Positions 49,701-63,000 of a stretch of DNA of 64,000 bases are shown here, piece after piece. The notes under the pieces were generated by a model, which worked only from the letters and a program-made list of their open reading frames with translations, was not told the origin of the DNA and ran no database searches. This stretch comes from Trichoplax adhaerens. Taxonomy: Eukaryota; Animalia; Placozoa. Position numbers and translations under genes: made by a program. The first letter of the stretch is position 1. Each line of letters begins with the position of its first letter. The stretch spans positions 1,602,832-1,666,831 of the forward strand of contig NW_002060943.1 of assembly GCF_000150275.1 (NCBI RefSeq), read 5' to 3'.

Positions 49701-51296
49701 TTTAATCATAGTAACTGCGGTAGATAGATTCCAGCTGTTAGTTTATAAATCAAATTTAACCTGATGAACGACATCGTTTTAACGATCTAAATAAGACTTT
49801 TTATTCTTTCATTCCGTTAGCAATAAGTCCTTTGATATAGGCATTGTGATTCTACGGCTATACAACTTCACTCAAAGCAATATTTAATGCAGTTCCCACC
49901 TAATATTCTTCGTAATAAATGAAAATCCGTCGCAGTCTTAAGTTTATGGCTGTAGCAATAGTATCTAAAATAGGATACAAACCTACATTTTAATGTATAA
50001 GAGTACGCGCCTTGAATTCAATTTGGATCTGCTACAAAATACAATTTTAACAATTTCAAATAAATTCCTATACACTTTATAGTGTTATACGAGCTGGGAT
50101 ATGTGTTTTGTAAGGCCTTAAACCAATATTTGATCTTTAGTAAAAAATCGATAACTTTGATCATTACTGAAAGAAATTGTCATCCTAAATCTACAGTATA
50201 ACTTCAGCAATGATTGCCAGATTCGTTACAAGTTGACCGCTTGAAAAGCTTTATCATCTTTAGTCGATTTTTTTGGAAAATATATTTATGACAATCAGAA
50301 TTAGTCGTGTAACGCTTTCATTAATTCGGTATTAGTAGTAATAATTCAATGGAACAATTAGTAATTACATTTAGTTTACTAACTTTTAAAGTTAATATTT
50401 TGGCTTTGTAAAAGACAGACTTAACTTGAGTAAAGACATTAATATTACTCGTGAGCTAAGAAAATTTGCTACCATAAAATAGGGCAATAGCTTTACAACT
50501 AATCGAATCAATATCTGATTTAATATGTCAAAGTATAGATCCAGAAGCTAAAATCAACATTTGATAATATTGGAAACTTTAGTATTCCAAATTTAAAAAT
50601 TAATATACCTTGAATTCAAGGCGATACATAGTTTAACGTAATTAATTAACTATCTCGACCCATGCATGATAAGATCCTTTCTAGGGATCTAGACATTGCA
50701 GTAGATTGGGTATATCTAATCTGTGTTATCTCTCCCTATACGCGCATTGACAATATTGCCAAGGTAATGGCCTGCCACAAGAATGAAATAAATTCTTTCC
50801 ATCTTTATTTTTTCGATATTGGAGGAAAATATCCGATTATATAGGATACCAAACATTTGAATAAATTTACGACAGTTTACTGTACAAAGCGTGTTATAAT
50901 TTGTATTTCGATTCAAGCCGTAGAAGCATTTAAATGCAACATCATTAATTTAGTTTTAATAATGGTTCGGTTAATCGTGGGGTAAATGAAATTCTACTAT
51001 AGAAAACTAGCTTTGTGATATGACCTCTAGGATTGAAAAATTTATAGTTCATAATTCTTACTACCGTAACATGTAATAAATACAAAAAATGAAAAGAGAC
51101 TTATTTACTGAAATCTAAATAACTAAATGTTTGCTTAAATAATCAAATTGATGTATTTTAATCCTATCGGTTTATATCAAAGGTCTAATTCATTAAAGAT
51201 CTTCGATATTTCGACTTTACTAGCTATAAATCGTAAAAAATATGTTCTTACTCTACAGTTTGTACGTAAGCCATATACATAGTCCATTAATCTGAC

Positions 51297-54200
51297 TTAT
51301 TCATGATTGTCCATTAATCGAGACGAGCCAGGTCCGCCATTTTTTGAGGAGCAGAAATTTCCTGGCTTTCCTCTCAATATAATGCCCAACAAAGCGGCTA
51401 CAAGTAGAGCAATAACCACCCCTTCTATAATAATTCCAATAATTAGTCCTGACTGATTGGGTTTGCTTGGATTTGTCGTGGTGCTATTATCGATGGCTAA
51501 GCGGCAATGAAAATTATTGGGATTTTTTGTGCATAAATGGTGTAGAACTGATCTGTTAATAGCGAAAAAATAAAACTTCTTTTTAGTATTAACTGTAACG
51601 CTTTAATAAACTTAGCTTATGATATTTGCATCAATCTTAAAAGAGGATATGATTAGTGATCAAACTTGTCAAGTATTTATCCCATTAATAGATACAAATA
51701 GGGGAAATTGTAAAACTGTGATTATTTATCTATACTAACTGTGACCATATGGACATTCGTCTAGGTTTAAATATCGAAATTAGTGGAAGTAGCACATTTA
51801 AAGTTGGCAGGAATAAACGTAAGTATGATCAAGTTATATGTCATTCCTTTCACTAATTCTAGTAAGCTATAATGTATAATTGATGCGATTCAGCAGTTCT
51901 TGTACACAATCATTGGGTCGTAATTACGCTAGACATACAAGTAGCCGAATCACTACTATACGGATTTTACTTAAAATAATAACCAGCCCTATAAAAATTC
52001 TTTTAACTAAAAGTCGTAGGAAATTCTGTTTTACTTCGAATCTTTTACGATTGATATTGGCGGTGTTGAAGAAAATTAGAAGCAAGTTCGTTATACTTAC
52101 TTTGGATTATCTTGGCAACTCCAAGTAAAATTATGGCTTGTAAGGATGTTTTGTAGCTCCTTTATTGAACCTATACCGCATCGATCACTAAAGAAACGAA
52201 ATAAATTTAATGACGATCATTTTTTTATTGTACTTGAGCAGTACAGAAACAAAATAATCTATCCACGTTTACAAATTTATAAGTAGTGCTTAAACCACTC
52301 TATAAGAGAAAGACGAAGAAACAATATTTCAGACCGTTGTACTAACTCCTTCTAGCTAGCTCGAACATTGCTGCCCACGAATATTAGCAGACACTCTGAT
52401 AGTCATATATTAGTTAATTCAGCTATAGTAGATTATTCATATAAATAAAAGCAATTCTACGACAACAGCCGATCAAATCTTAGCTGCTACGTTGTTCTTA
52501 GTGAAACCCCAAGTTATAATAACATTTAAAATAAAAATTACTCCCGGAATTAATATTTCTATATCACATGTTCTATCATTAATCTAAGGAATTAAGATGA
52601 ACTCGAACTGAATATGGAGATCGTATCAAATCGATTCTACGTACTTGCTTAATATAAGTTATAATTCTACAATTTATACATTACATTTGATTAGGTTTAC
52701 TGTTCAAGCCATGCATAACCATAATTTCCACTTTAGATACCTTCTGAGGAGATAAATTGGGTAATTCAATAGAACCAAATATGCTATATCATGTGAAATT
52801 GAATTAGTTGTGTATTAAAATTAGTCAGGAAGCTGTACCATTAAATAGCACTATTGTGCGCCAAAGTAATAATAATAAAAGGAGTACAGATTATTAATTA
52901 CTAATAGAACTTAAAGAAATCTCTACAATAGGTTGGATTATCGATCCTGCTTGAACAATATCGGTTAGTAATTTTTATAATTAATAGCTTGTTTATAATC
53001 CTTCCATAATATCCTTATCGATATTTTGAAAGTTTACTACTGAGAGAATTACTGTTGTACTACTACATTTCAAAGTTATTATAACAGTAATAAAAGTGAT
53101 TTATTATTTGCAGAATTAACAAAATTTGTCCGTTAATTGAAAATTGCATTGCAATCCAACTAAATCTTCTTATGCTAGATACCTTTGGTTATTGAAGGCA
53201 GGAGTCTTGTTATCACTCGTAAGCAAGACTCTTACAAGTCCACTTGCACTTTTGGCAAACTGGTCATAATTAATTTAAAAATAGCGGAAAAATTTTAAAT
53301 TATATTACGACAAATCTTCTCAACTGCAAGTATGAAGCATTTAAGTTGTAAAATATAATTAGAATACTGCAAGTGTAAAGATTGAATAGAATACAATTCT
53401 AGTAAAAATCATAATTCAGTACAATAATAGCTAGAGATTAATCGTCTAGTGGTCATTATATTCGGCGACTCTTCATATTAAAAAAACCTCATTTCTAAAT
53501 TAAAATTAACCACTAGTACGTTTAAATTATGTTCCATTCCAGAGACTACTCAAAAGTCTACTTGTTTGATTTTAAAATTTTTCTATTCATTCATACTACA
53601 TATTTATTTGTATAGAGTGTAACTGTAAGAAATACACACTTTAAGTTTACTATTAGATTAATTAAATAGTGAATGATCTACCTCACGGGATGCTAGAGCC
53701 CAAAATGACAGCATATTCCTGTGACTACATCCCTGTGAATCATTACAGTATAGATAATTGATACCTTCGGACTGAGGAGTTGATTTGAATCGACCACACC
53801 AGGTTAATTTATCTAGCAGAAATCTAGAGTATGAAAATATGAAGGGAAGAAATTTTAATTAACCTCCTATGATTCGGAAATATTTAGGATAGAATGTAGA
53901 TGATTTTCTTGAATTTCATTTACACTTGTAATTATTTATGCAAAGAACAGTGATTTTCATACGCATTATGAATGACATCTTTTAATAACTCCTCTAAGAT
54001 TATGTAATGTAATAGGTGTCTTGACTAAAGGATAGTCAAATAAAATCAGGAATGATTAATCTCCAGCCAGTATAAAGATGATCCACTAACTCACATTTAA
54101 TTTACTCCTAATATTTTATTATTGTCGACAAATATATTTATAAACAGAATGCCAAATTTAGAATTAATCGATAAGCAGTTTTATCCTTGAACTTTTAGAA

Positions 54201-56494
54201 ATGTGACGATATCAAAATTTAAGCCCATGTTGTTCTGTCAAGATAAATTTTATAGCGGGTATACCCTAATTATGAATGTACAATAATAGCATTTGTATTG
54301 ATTAAGGTTTACTATATAATTTTTTTTCCTGTTTTATTCACCTAATGTCTTAAATTTATCATCATCTAGTTGATAATTAGGAGCACAAGCTAACGTAAAG
54401 TTTAGTGGATAGTATGGTTATTTCATCTAATATATTGATATCATTATTCGTTAGTCTACAATAAACAATAGCTACTTTAGTTAGAATTCAATTGTTAATT
54501 TTCTGTTGAACAAGACAATCCAAAAAAAACTAGTGAAAATAATCTAATTGATTTTGATGACAGTGATCTACTTACCCAGTAAAAGTTTGTGATATTACCA
54601 AAACATCATCAACAGCTTGTACGTACGAAGAAACAAAGTCATAAACGCCTGACCAAAAAAGAGCCTAAATTATTACAGAGACATGCAATTTAATTTAAAA
54701 AAAAGGAGAAGAATTTTTCCTATTCATTTATTTTCGGTAAATGGATGAATATATACGATACAGTAACATAATGATGATAATGTTGGCCGAGATATAAAAA
54801 TGACCTTCGAAAATGTAAATCAACTTCTTTATTAAAGTCAGTGTAGTGCAACCCCAAATTAGCTTAAGATTAAAATTATGTGATTGTACGAATATGGATA
54901 CGTTGAACGTTTAATGGTGCAAGTATCTACTCTTAGACGAGATTTACAATGCGTATGGTTCCTTTATTACGTCCAGGAACATACGTATTAGGAGTTGTAG
55001 ATACGAATAGATTGTTCGAAGTAAATTAGCAATATGAAGGATTCATTATGATACTTTAATTGGAAGCGATGTTTATAGCCAATAATAATTCGCTCGATAT
55101 TAAATTTAGCTTAATCTTACGACATAAATGCCAAAATATGATTGCCTTGCTAAGCATAAACTTGTAACCAATTATTTATAAATCGTCGATTTTACTATAG
55201 TAAGTAAGACAGAAGTAAATTGAAGATAGATAACTCTTGATATTGTTAGAAGAACCAAGTTTATGCTCTAATGTGAGGACTTATAATGCTAGTTCTTGTT
55301 TAATATTTTGAAAAGACTTCATCGCAGCCAGTTAAGACGTAAAGGATTGTTATTTTTACATGGTGATGACTGTAAAGATTATTTTGTTTGAGAGAATATA
55401 TCGTGCCGATAATCAAAATAAAGTCAAAGCCATTATTAACACCGACATTATACCACTGATGTATTAGTACATGGAGTTAAAATAAACGTTACGAAAGTAA
55501 TAGATATCCTATTCGCCACCTATTAATGATTGTTACGGCGCAATCGATTGATTATCGATGTAGAGCATTGCACTTTAATACTTTTATGTCTGGCTACTTG
55601 CTGCAATTACACTATATAGATAAAAGTGAGTAGGATGCCAAGGTACGTAGCGTAAAACTCTATCTTCAAGACATGATCTCGGCAATGTGTGTTAAATTTA
55701 ATCGATACGATCTAATTGAGATATTAATATTCGAATATAATGACCCCCAGATAGGTTTCAATTAAAACGGGCTATAATGCTTAACAATCAAATTAATGTG
55801 GTTTATTAAATCAGTAAATTGTGGATTCATTGCTAGAATACTATCCAGCAACGTATTATTTTCTGGACTAAGGACCTTTAAACACATAATAAGCTGTTAA
55901 AACGACAAATTGGATTTTTATGCAGAAAGTCTAATGTAGCACGATCTCGTAAAATATTTCAGAACTAAAAGTTGCATTGATTGCTTAACTGAATGCGTCC
56001 AAATCATAGTTGGAAACTAATTAAAACTTTGCTTTTAGGAAGATAAACTTGGCTTTGTTACCGATACATTATTCATGATTCAGGTGTAGTAAATCAACGA
56101 TAAATAGCATTATATATCGAACAAGTGGCTTGTATTACAGTCTAGTCGATTTTTAACTGTAAGTTGCTGCCTTATTCTATATGCCTATTATTGCTATAAG
56201 CATGAAATAAAATAGACTTACCTTATTGGGAGGGACAGGACTGGAAGACTCAATAAGAAATCGACTATACTGAGTAGGATCGACTTCACAAGGTTCACGG
56301 TTTACGAAAACTCGACTAAATTCTTGCCATAACGAAGGACAAGTAACGCCAGGACGCAATGTAAAATTCTGCAAAGCAATATATCCATAGCAACGTCCGA
56401 TAAAAATCTCTTTAATATTGTGAGTTGTGCCTGATGCAGAAGTTGTTAAGTATTGGCACCCTGCAAGAATAAGAATGTAGTAAACAAGTTTCAT
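51297..56494 (-). CDS. ADP-ribosyl cyclase / NAD glycohydrolase (CD38/CD157 family) paralog A, type I membrane protein, 340 aa
   Basis: Exons 56494-56222, 54664-54576, 53823-53682, 53259-53183, 52783-52685, 52187-52101 and 51552-51297, all in phase. It has a signal peptide and the family motifs GTTHNIKEIFIGRC, LFWSG, LTWCG, FWALAS and SIFGSIELPNL (catalytic Glu), plus RCGIGSI and WSCQDNP. The C-terminal TM helix LIIGIIIEGVVIALLVAALLGIIL is followed by a ~25-aa tail. Confidence 0.92.
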
Positions 56495-56819
56495 CTTGAA
56501 GTCATTTAAATTTATTGCATGCAATTTTTAGCCACAGCCCCCAAACTTCTTTCTCACTCAAAGCTAAGCCTAAAGAGAATGTAATGAAGTAAGCTACTTG
56601 CCAAGTTAGAAAATTGTTCCTTTGTTGACATAATGACGTCAGAATTTATCGCCTTATATCTCTTGCCCGGGGCTTTTTATGGCAAAATTACTATTTAACA
56701 GGAAAATGATGCTCCAAAGCTAGGATATCAACTATGGGGACTCTAACGATCAATGGCTGTCTATACAACCAACTTGATTTGATGGTAATAGTGGTTAACG
56801 AATAAGGCATTCTTGCACT

Positions 56820-57392
56820 GGGACTCGAATCTAGTTGTAATTGATTAATCAAGACCAGACTGGAGTCTATTTCCCTAGTAATATACCCTAAGCCATAAAT
56901 AATTATCTGCCATGATACTTGATGTATACTATACTATAGCTTAAAAATAGCTGAAATTGACTAACTCTACTAGCTAATAAATGAGTCAAATCTTGGCAAC
57001 TTGAATCTAGGTGATATTGATTAACACGGACTAGATTGGGGTCTATCTACATATTAGTTATATTTTATGAACTCCACCAGCTAAAAGAGTCAATCTAGAT
57101 AATTGGTGAGACTCAAACCATGTTAGCATTGATTAATACAGATTAGATTGAATTTCAACAACATACTATCTATTCTGATACTTGCTGTATAACCTAAAAT
57201 AGCTAAAATTTACTTATTCTATGAATTAAAAGTGTAAATTTGGGTAATGAACGAGGCTTGAGCCTAGTTGACATTGACTAATGAAGGCTAGATTGGGAGT
57301 CCATCTGCATATTATCTGCGATAATACTAATTGTATAACTAAAAATAGCCAAAATTCCCTCCTTCCGCTAGCTAAAGGAGTAAATTTGGGCA
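56820..57392. repeat. Degenerate ~140-170-bp tandem repeat x4 upstream of cyclase A
   Basis: Recurrent ttgaatctag.tg..attga(t/c)taa....ctagattgg.gtc and aaaatagc(t/c)aaaatt blocks at ~56825, ~57000, ~57115 and ~57258. Confidence 0.7.
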
Positions 57393-60074
57393 ATATTTGA
57401 AGTCTTACAAGGGCGTCATGTGGAATTAGATCAATGGAAAATGCACTCTTTCAAAGCGGAAGTTGCAAGTATATTGAATTAAAGTGTTCCGGTTACCTTC
57501 GTATCAAGATATTAAATTTTCGATACTAATGGCAATATTTTAGAGTCTGTACTCTAGAGCTAAAGTTAAAATAAACCCATTTAATCACTTCTTACGGCAA
57601 TAATAGTGCAGAATTGGATGAATAGCACTCCTTTCAGTAGAAGCATACTGATTGATATCGACATTCTTATTTTTATCGCTTTCAAGTCTAATCATAGGCC
57701 TAGGGCTTAAGTATACAATTGTAGAAAAGAGCAGATTTGGCCTATTTTTAGTTCTTGTTATCAAATGTAGTACTGATACAGACAAATAGCAAATTCACCA
57801 ATTCTAGCAGGAATTAAATCGGATCCACGGTATTTTAATTACCATCAACATTACCTCGTTCGTCCTTTTTGATGTTAATGATAATATTTTGGATATCAAA
57901 AATACTCTATGCAGCCGAAAGATTACTAATTGCAATTAAAGCTCTCATTTTTACTGACTTTAATAGCAGTCAATCACCATACTTTGAAATCAAGATAGTC
58001 TATGGTGGAAAGGGTCTATTTGGCTCATGTTCAAATCTTATTGCAAGTAGTGTACTGGTTAAAATATGTACGGTCTCCAATTCAGTCTCAAGTAATCAAT
58101 TGTGGATCTATTTTGGCATACCCATAAACGTTAATCACTAGCAAAAACTACTGGTATGAAATCGAGCAAGTGTTGTAAAGAGTCCGGCAAAGTTAGAGTT
58201 GTTATGGTAAGCGTTCAGATTTTTGCATGATTGCAATTTAGTTACAAAACATTTACATATCTTCTACTATAGGTACCGTCAAAGTCTTTTTAATAAGAAC
58301 AATTTAATTGTACGGTACGATACAGAATTTATGCTTTGATCTTAAACCAGCAATCCTTTATTGCAAATCAGCTGCATTGCAATTTGTTGACATTACAGAA
58401 CATTTCCTATTGGATTGAAGGATTGATTTATTCATAGATTACGATAGTCCATAGCAAACAAATCACCGCATGGTACTATTCTTCACATTTTACTTAGTCA
58501 TAAAATAGCTTATGAATACGGCATGAAAACTGTCCGTCGAGTAAGATGATAACTCTCAGCGGTATGGCTTTAATGTTGTCGGTTTATCTCCAGAAATTTT
58601 TGAAGAAATACATAATTACCTGCTTAAATCACTGAAGCAGGCATAATACTAGATGTGCATGAGTACGATATTACATCAATTTAACATGGCTGTTACAGTG
58701 GAAATGTTCCGTGATAGGACATATCGTAATCTGACTATTCAGTATTAGTCAATACATGTCTATATTCGTAAATACTGTTGTCTGCATTAAGGGAGCAGTA
58801 GCTAAACTTAATATCTAATTCAGTAAATGATTCGGAGGTTAATTGTATTAACTATGACTCATGAACTATTGAGGAATAGTATATAAATGCAGTATATCGT
58901 GTAATAAGAGAATTCTCCAACTTAGTGTTTAACGTAAAATACGAGGCGTTTAAGTCTTTGTGTAGTCTGCTAGTAGGGCAAAAGTGTTTCTGATAGTGCA
59001 GATATCGTTCCTTGATACGTGGTTCAAGGAATTGACTTATTGATCGTACATTACGTTATCTTGTTGCAAAGCTGTTTTGTGGCAATGACCAAGGCAAACA
59101 ACCTATTAAAATAGGCTTGGACTAAATACTGTGACCAGATTAGTAGCAGCTATGTGATAATAGCTTTAGGGTTGCTCAATTTACCTACTTTCTCTTGTTC
59201 TACATTATAATATCCACCGAAAATTCTATGGAGATTGAGCTATAATGGTCAACCTCCAATCTAAAGGATATATATTCGATTCAAATTACATTTAATCATG
59301 TAAAGAGTTACATTTTAGGATTTCTGATAATTGATTAACCATTGAATTGTTTGGATGATTTTTAAATGGAATTCGATCGAACAGATAAAATAAATTAATG
59401 TTATACCCTAATTTCTAAAACTAGTTACTATTCATCTCAGAGTTAACATAAATACCTAGAATTATGCAATTTTATTCCAAACTATATTGAAGTTTTGCCC
59501 GATACACTTATAATTAAGATATCCAATGCTGAAAATCATAGTTACAGTCAATTTCATTCGATTTCATACGATGTTACAAGGAATATAATTAATTTTAATT
59601 ATTCTACTAACTGAAATCATTAGTCAGTGTAAGCTATATCAAAATAATCATAAAAATAGCCAATCTTCCATTTACAATTAGTATGATTTTACTGCATTGC
59701 GGTAATAGAAAATTTTACAAAATGTTACTATTATAATTGATAACTAGAGGAAGCCAAATTGATTCTAAATAATCTATACAAGCATTTAGGATTATCTTAT
59801 AATTTATGCTAATACCCTTGTGATAAAAAATTTAATTCTTCTGCTCGCTTGCTATACCTATTTAATATTACATAATACCACTCTGATTTATTTTAACGAA
59901 TAAATCTACCTCGTTGGGATGGCAATTTGACGAAAATAAATCATTTTTAATACTAAACCAGATGCCATCTTTCAGTACTAAAATCATATAGTCAAGCAAT
60001 TTTACGAAGTAGTAGAAAGTTTCTAGGCTTGCATAATAGGACATCAGTAGTAGCAAACACAGCTTCTTAGCATT

Positions 60075-63000
60075 CTAGAAATCAGTTTTAGTAGCCTCCC
60101 TATAAAATAAGACATAGGAAATTTAATTTTAGAAGTTTAATACAGTTATTTTCATGTAGTATATTATTGTTATGAGTTGCATCGATTTATTTCATATTAT
60201 TTAGTAATTATTAAAATTAGATAGTAATACTAAGATATATTAAAAACTATACAGTAATCATTATAAATAGAACTATTAAATATGATGACAATCAACTAAG
60301 CTTGAAAGGTATGAAATTAGAATAATTTAGTCAATATACTAGGAATAAGCGCAATGTAAAGACTTGCAACAGGTTTTTGAATATGTATTTGGGAATCTGT
60401 GCTATCAAACTCTCTCTTTATAAGTAACTACAAATATCTGCAATTCTTCTAAATTTAGTCCAACACGTGTAGAAATCAATGGTAGTATTATGGTAGCTTT
60501 TATTAATCGATGATTTATAAGTATACCTTGCTTTTGTTTGAGTTTTAGACCTTGTGCGAGACATTAGAATTATAACGATAAGTAATATGAGGATAACAGC
60601 ACCAGCAGCACCCAATCCGGCCAATGTCACCACTCTAAGTACTCCATGGATGCTTTGACACTGAAAGTGAGTGGGATTTGCAGCGCAGAGGATATCTTGT
60701 ACAGAGCTTTAAATATATAAATACTTCATATTACCAACAACAGGTTATATATTAGCTACAAATTATCGCAATATAGACTATCTTAAACTGATACTAAATA
60801 AATTGAGACGGCTATTCAACTTCAGTTCATCCTATAATGTGGTACCTTGGATTATCGGAACAACTCCAGGCAATATTTCGTTGTTGAATGAGATCTTGTA
60901 AAGTTTTGATAGAACCAGCACCGCATCGTTCACTAGGAATAAAATTGAATACAAGCAATTCTCACTAACTTGCTAGTAAAGTTCTCTTAATTGATGATTT
61001 GTAGCTAAAATATGGTACATATGTATCCAATGAGCACTAATCTAATGGATAATTATAATCGATGCTAATAAACACGAGACTCCTATTCATATTAACAATA
61101 ATATGGGGTTATTACCTTTGATTTACTTTCATATCAAGATCATGAACCACTATGATTTCGATTTTATTTACTTTACTAGGTGATAAATTAGGAAGCTCAT
61201 ATCTGGCAAAAAAGCTATCATTTATTTTGATCATTAGTTAACATCAATTACATGGTAATAGTGATAATATACTTAATATCTGAAAAAAGAATGGATAGAA
61301 ACTGCTATGATCAAAGGTTGAAACAACGCTATCTTTATAAAGATAGTAACTGCAATTGCAATACTTCCAAACGTAGAAAATACGCTGCTTACCTATAGGG
61401 AGCAAATGCTGGAATGCGGCTAGAATTGAGTAGAACTCGAACCGTTCCGCTTGAACCTTGAGCAAACTAGATATAAATATAATAATAAAAGTGAGGGCTG
61501 GAAATTTATTCTTTGCCAACATGATATGCGAATAAACAGACTTGCTGTTAATAGCAGTTTCGTAAAAATTCTTCGTGTTAAGTATGCACGTATGCTGATA
61601 TCATATTAAATACATTAATTAATATACCATATTTGAACAATAAATCATAGACACTAGATCATAGGAATAAAATATTTATAATTAGTGACTGTTAAATAAT
61701 TATTGATTGATGTGTATTACTGCTTACCCAAGTCGACATTTTAGACCAAAAAATTCCAGAATTTTTGTTATTACAATGTTGAGGATCATGGCAGTCATTG
61801 TAGTTGATACCAGGCAGGGCTAGTTGCCCGCACCAACTAAGACTATTCACTAAATATCTTGTTAAGTGGAAGATAAAATTCGATAATTAAATTTAGCATG
61901 ATCAACAATTAAAGCTATTTGAAGAGTATAAATTTCTTATATTAACTCGGCAATGAATATTTTCTGAGTAGCAAACAATTCATGCATATACGTCTTATAA
62001 ATCAATCATTTCTTGCAGTATAGTTGATTAACCAATTAATTATCAAGCCTAATAATTTTGATTAAGACATTTGAAAACTTCCAGAAATAAGTTAATAAGT
62101 CTTATTCATTTATCAATATTAGGCAACATTATTTAAATGACAAAATTAGAGTTTTATAGCACCTTTCTCTAAGTATCAAAAAGACTGTTTATAGATTTTC
62201 AAATCTATAATTGAAGTTAAATTTAACTGAGATATATATATGTTACGGTCAATCTCCGGAACCAGCCATTCCCTATGACTGACCGAGCAACTTCGGAAAT
62301 AGCCGAATTGCTCGGTCATGTCCTAGGAATGGATTTGCCATGATGTACTGTTCACTGTATTTAAGGGATACAGATGTTTGGATTAAGTGATTAATATTTA
62401 TCGGTGTTTGCTTATTATGCTAACCAAAAAACTATAACGCAATAGTAAGGTATGATATATTCCAATATCCTTATTGATATGTAACTATGTGCTGTGAAAT
62501 CAAATTGAATCAGATGCAAATAGATTAGTAACTACGCAATAATATACTCAATTTATTTATTCTTATATAGATTTAATTAGATGCAAAAAACTAGATACTA
62601 TTTTATAAATTAATAGAAACGTGTCGTATATCTGCTAACCCAGGAAAAGTATTTTCCAATGTTTCTAGATTTTTAACAGCTCTGATGTAGAGGTGTGCAA
62701 AGCTATAAGTTCCGGACCAAAACACAGACTATATCAGTAGAAAAGCATATTAAAAATTTTCCGTTAGTACGCTGTATTGAATAATCAGGCTAAAAGTGAG
62801 GAGAAAATTTTATTACCTATAAGTTAATATAATAGGCCACAAAGTAATGTACTTTTGCCTAAAACTATATTTAAATCGCTCTTGCAGTACATTTCAAATT
62901 ATATTTTTAATTTGATAAAATTATTCTTTTAAGATATTGAGTTTAGCGATAGGAAAAAGAATTGTTAAAATATAACTAGAATTCACTCAGGTAGCAATGA

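Noticed and set aside
56634-56641. Perfect CRE palindrome TGACGTCA upstream of cyclase A
   Set aside because: A single 8-mer is expected by chance in 64 kb, and the transcription start is unknown.
57400-58200. Possible decayed transposon between the cyclase genes
   Set aside because: Multiple stops in all frames, no transposase or RT motif, and no terminal repeats identified.
61244-61522. 92-aa ORF with a signal-like N-terminus
   Set aside because: It is an out-of-frame overlap of cyclase B exon 4 with its flanking introns.
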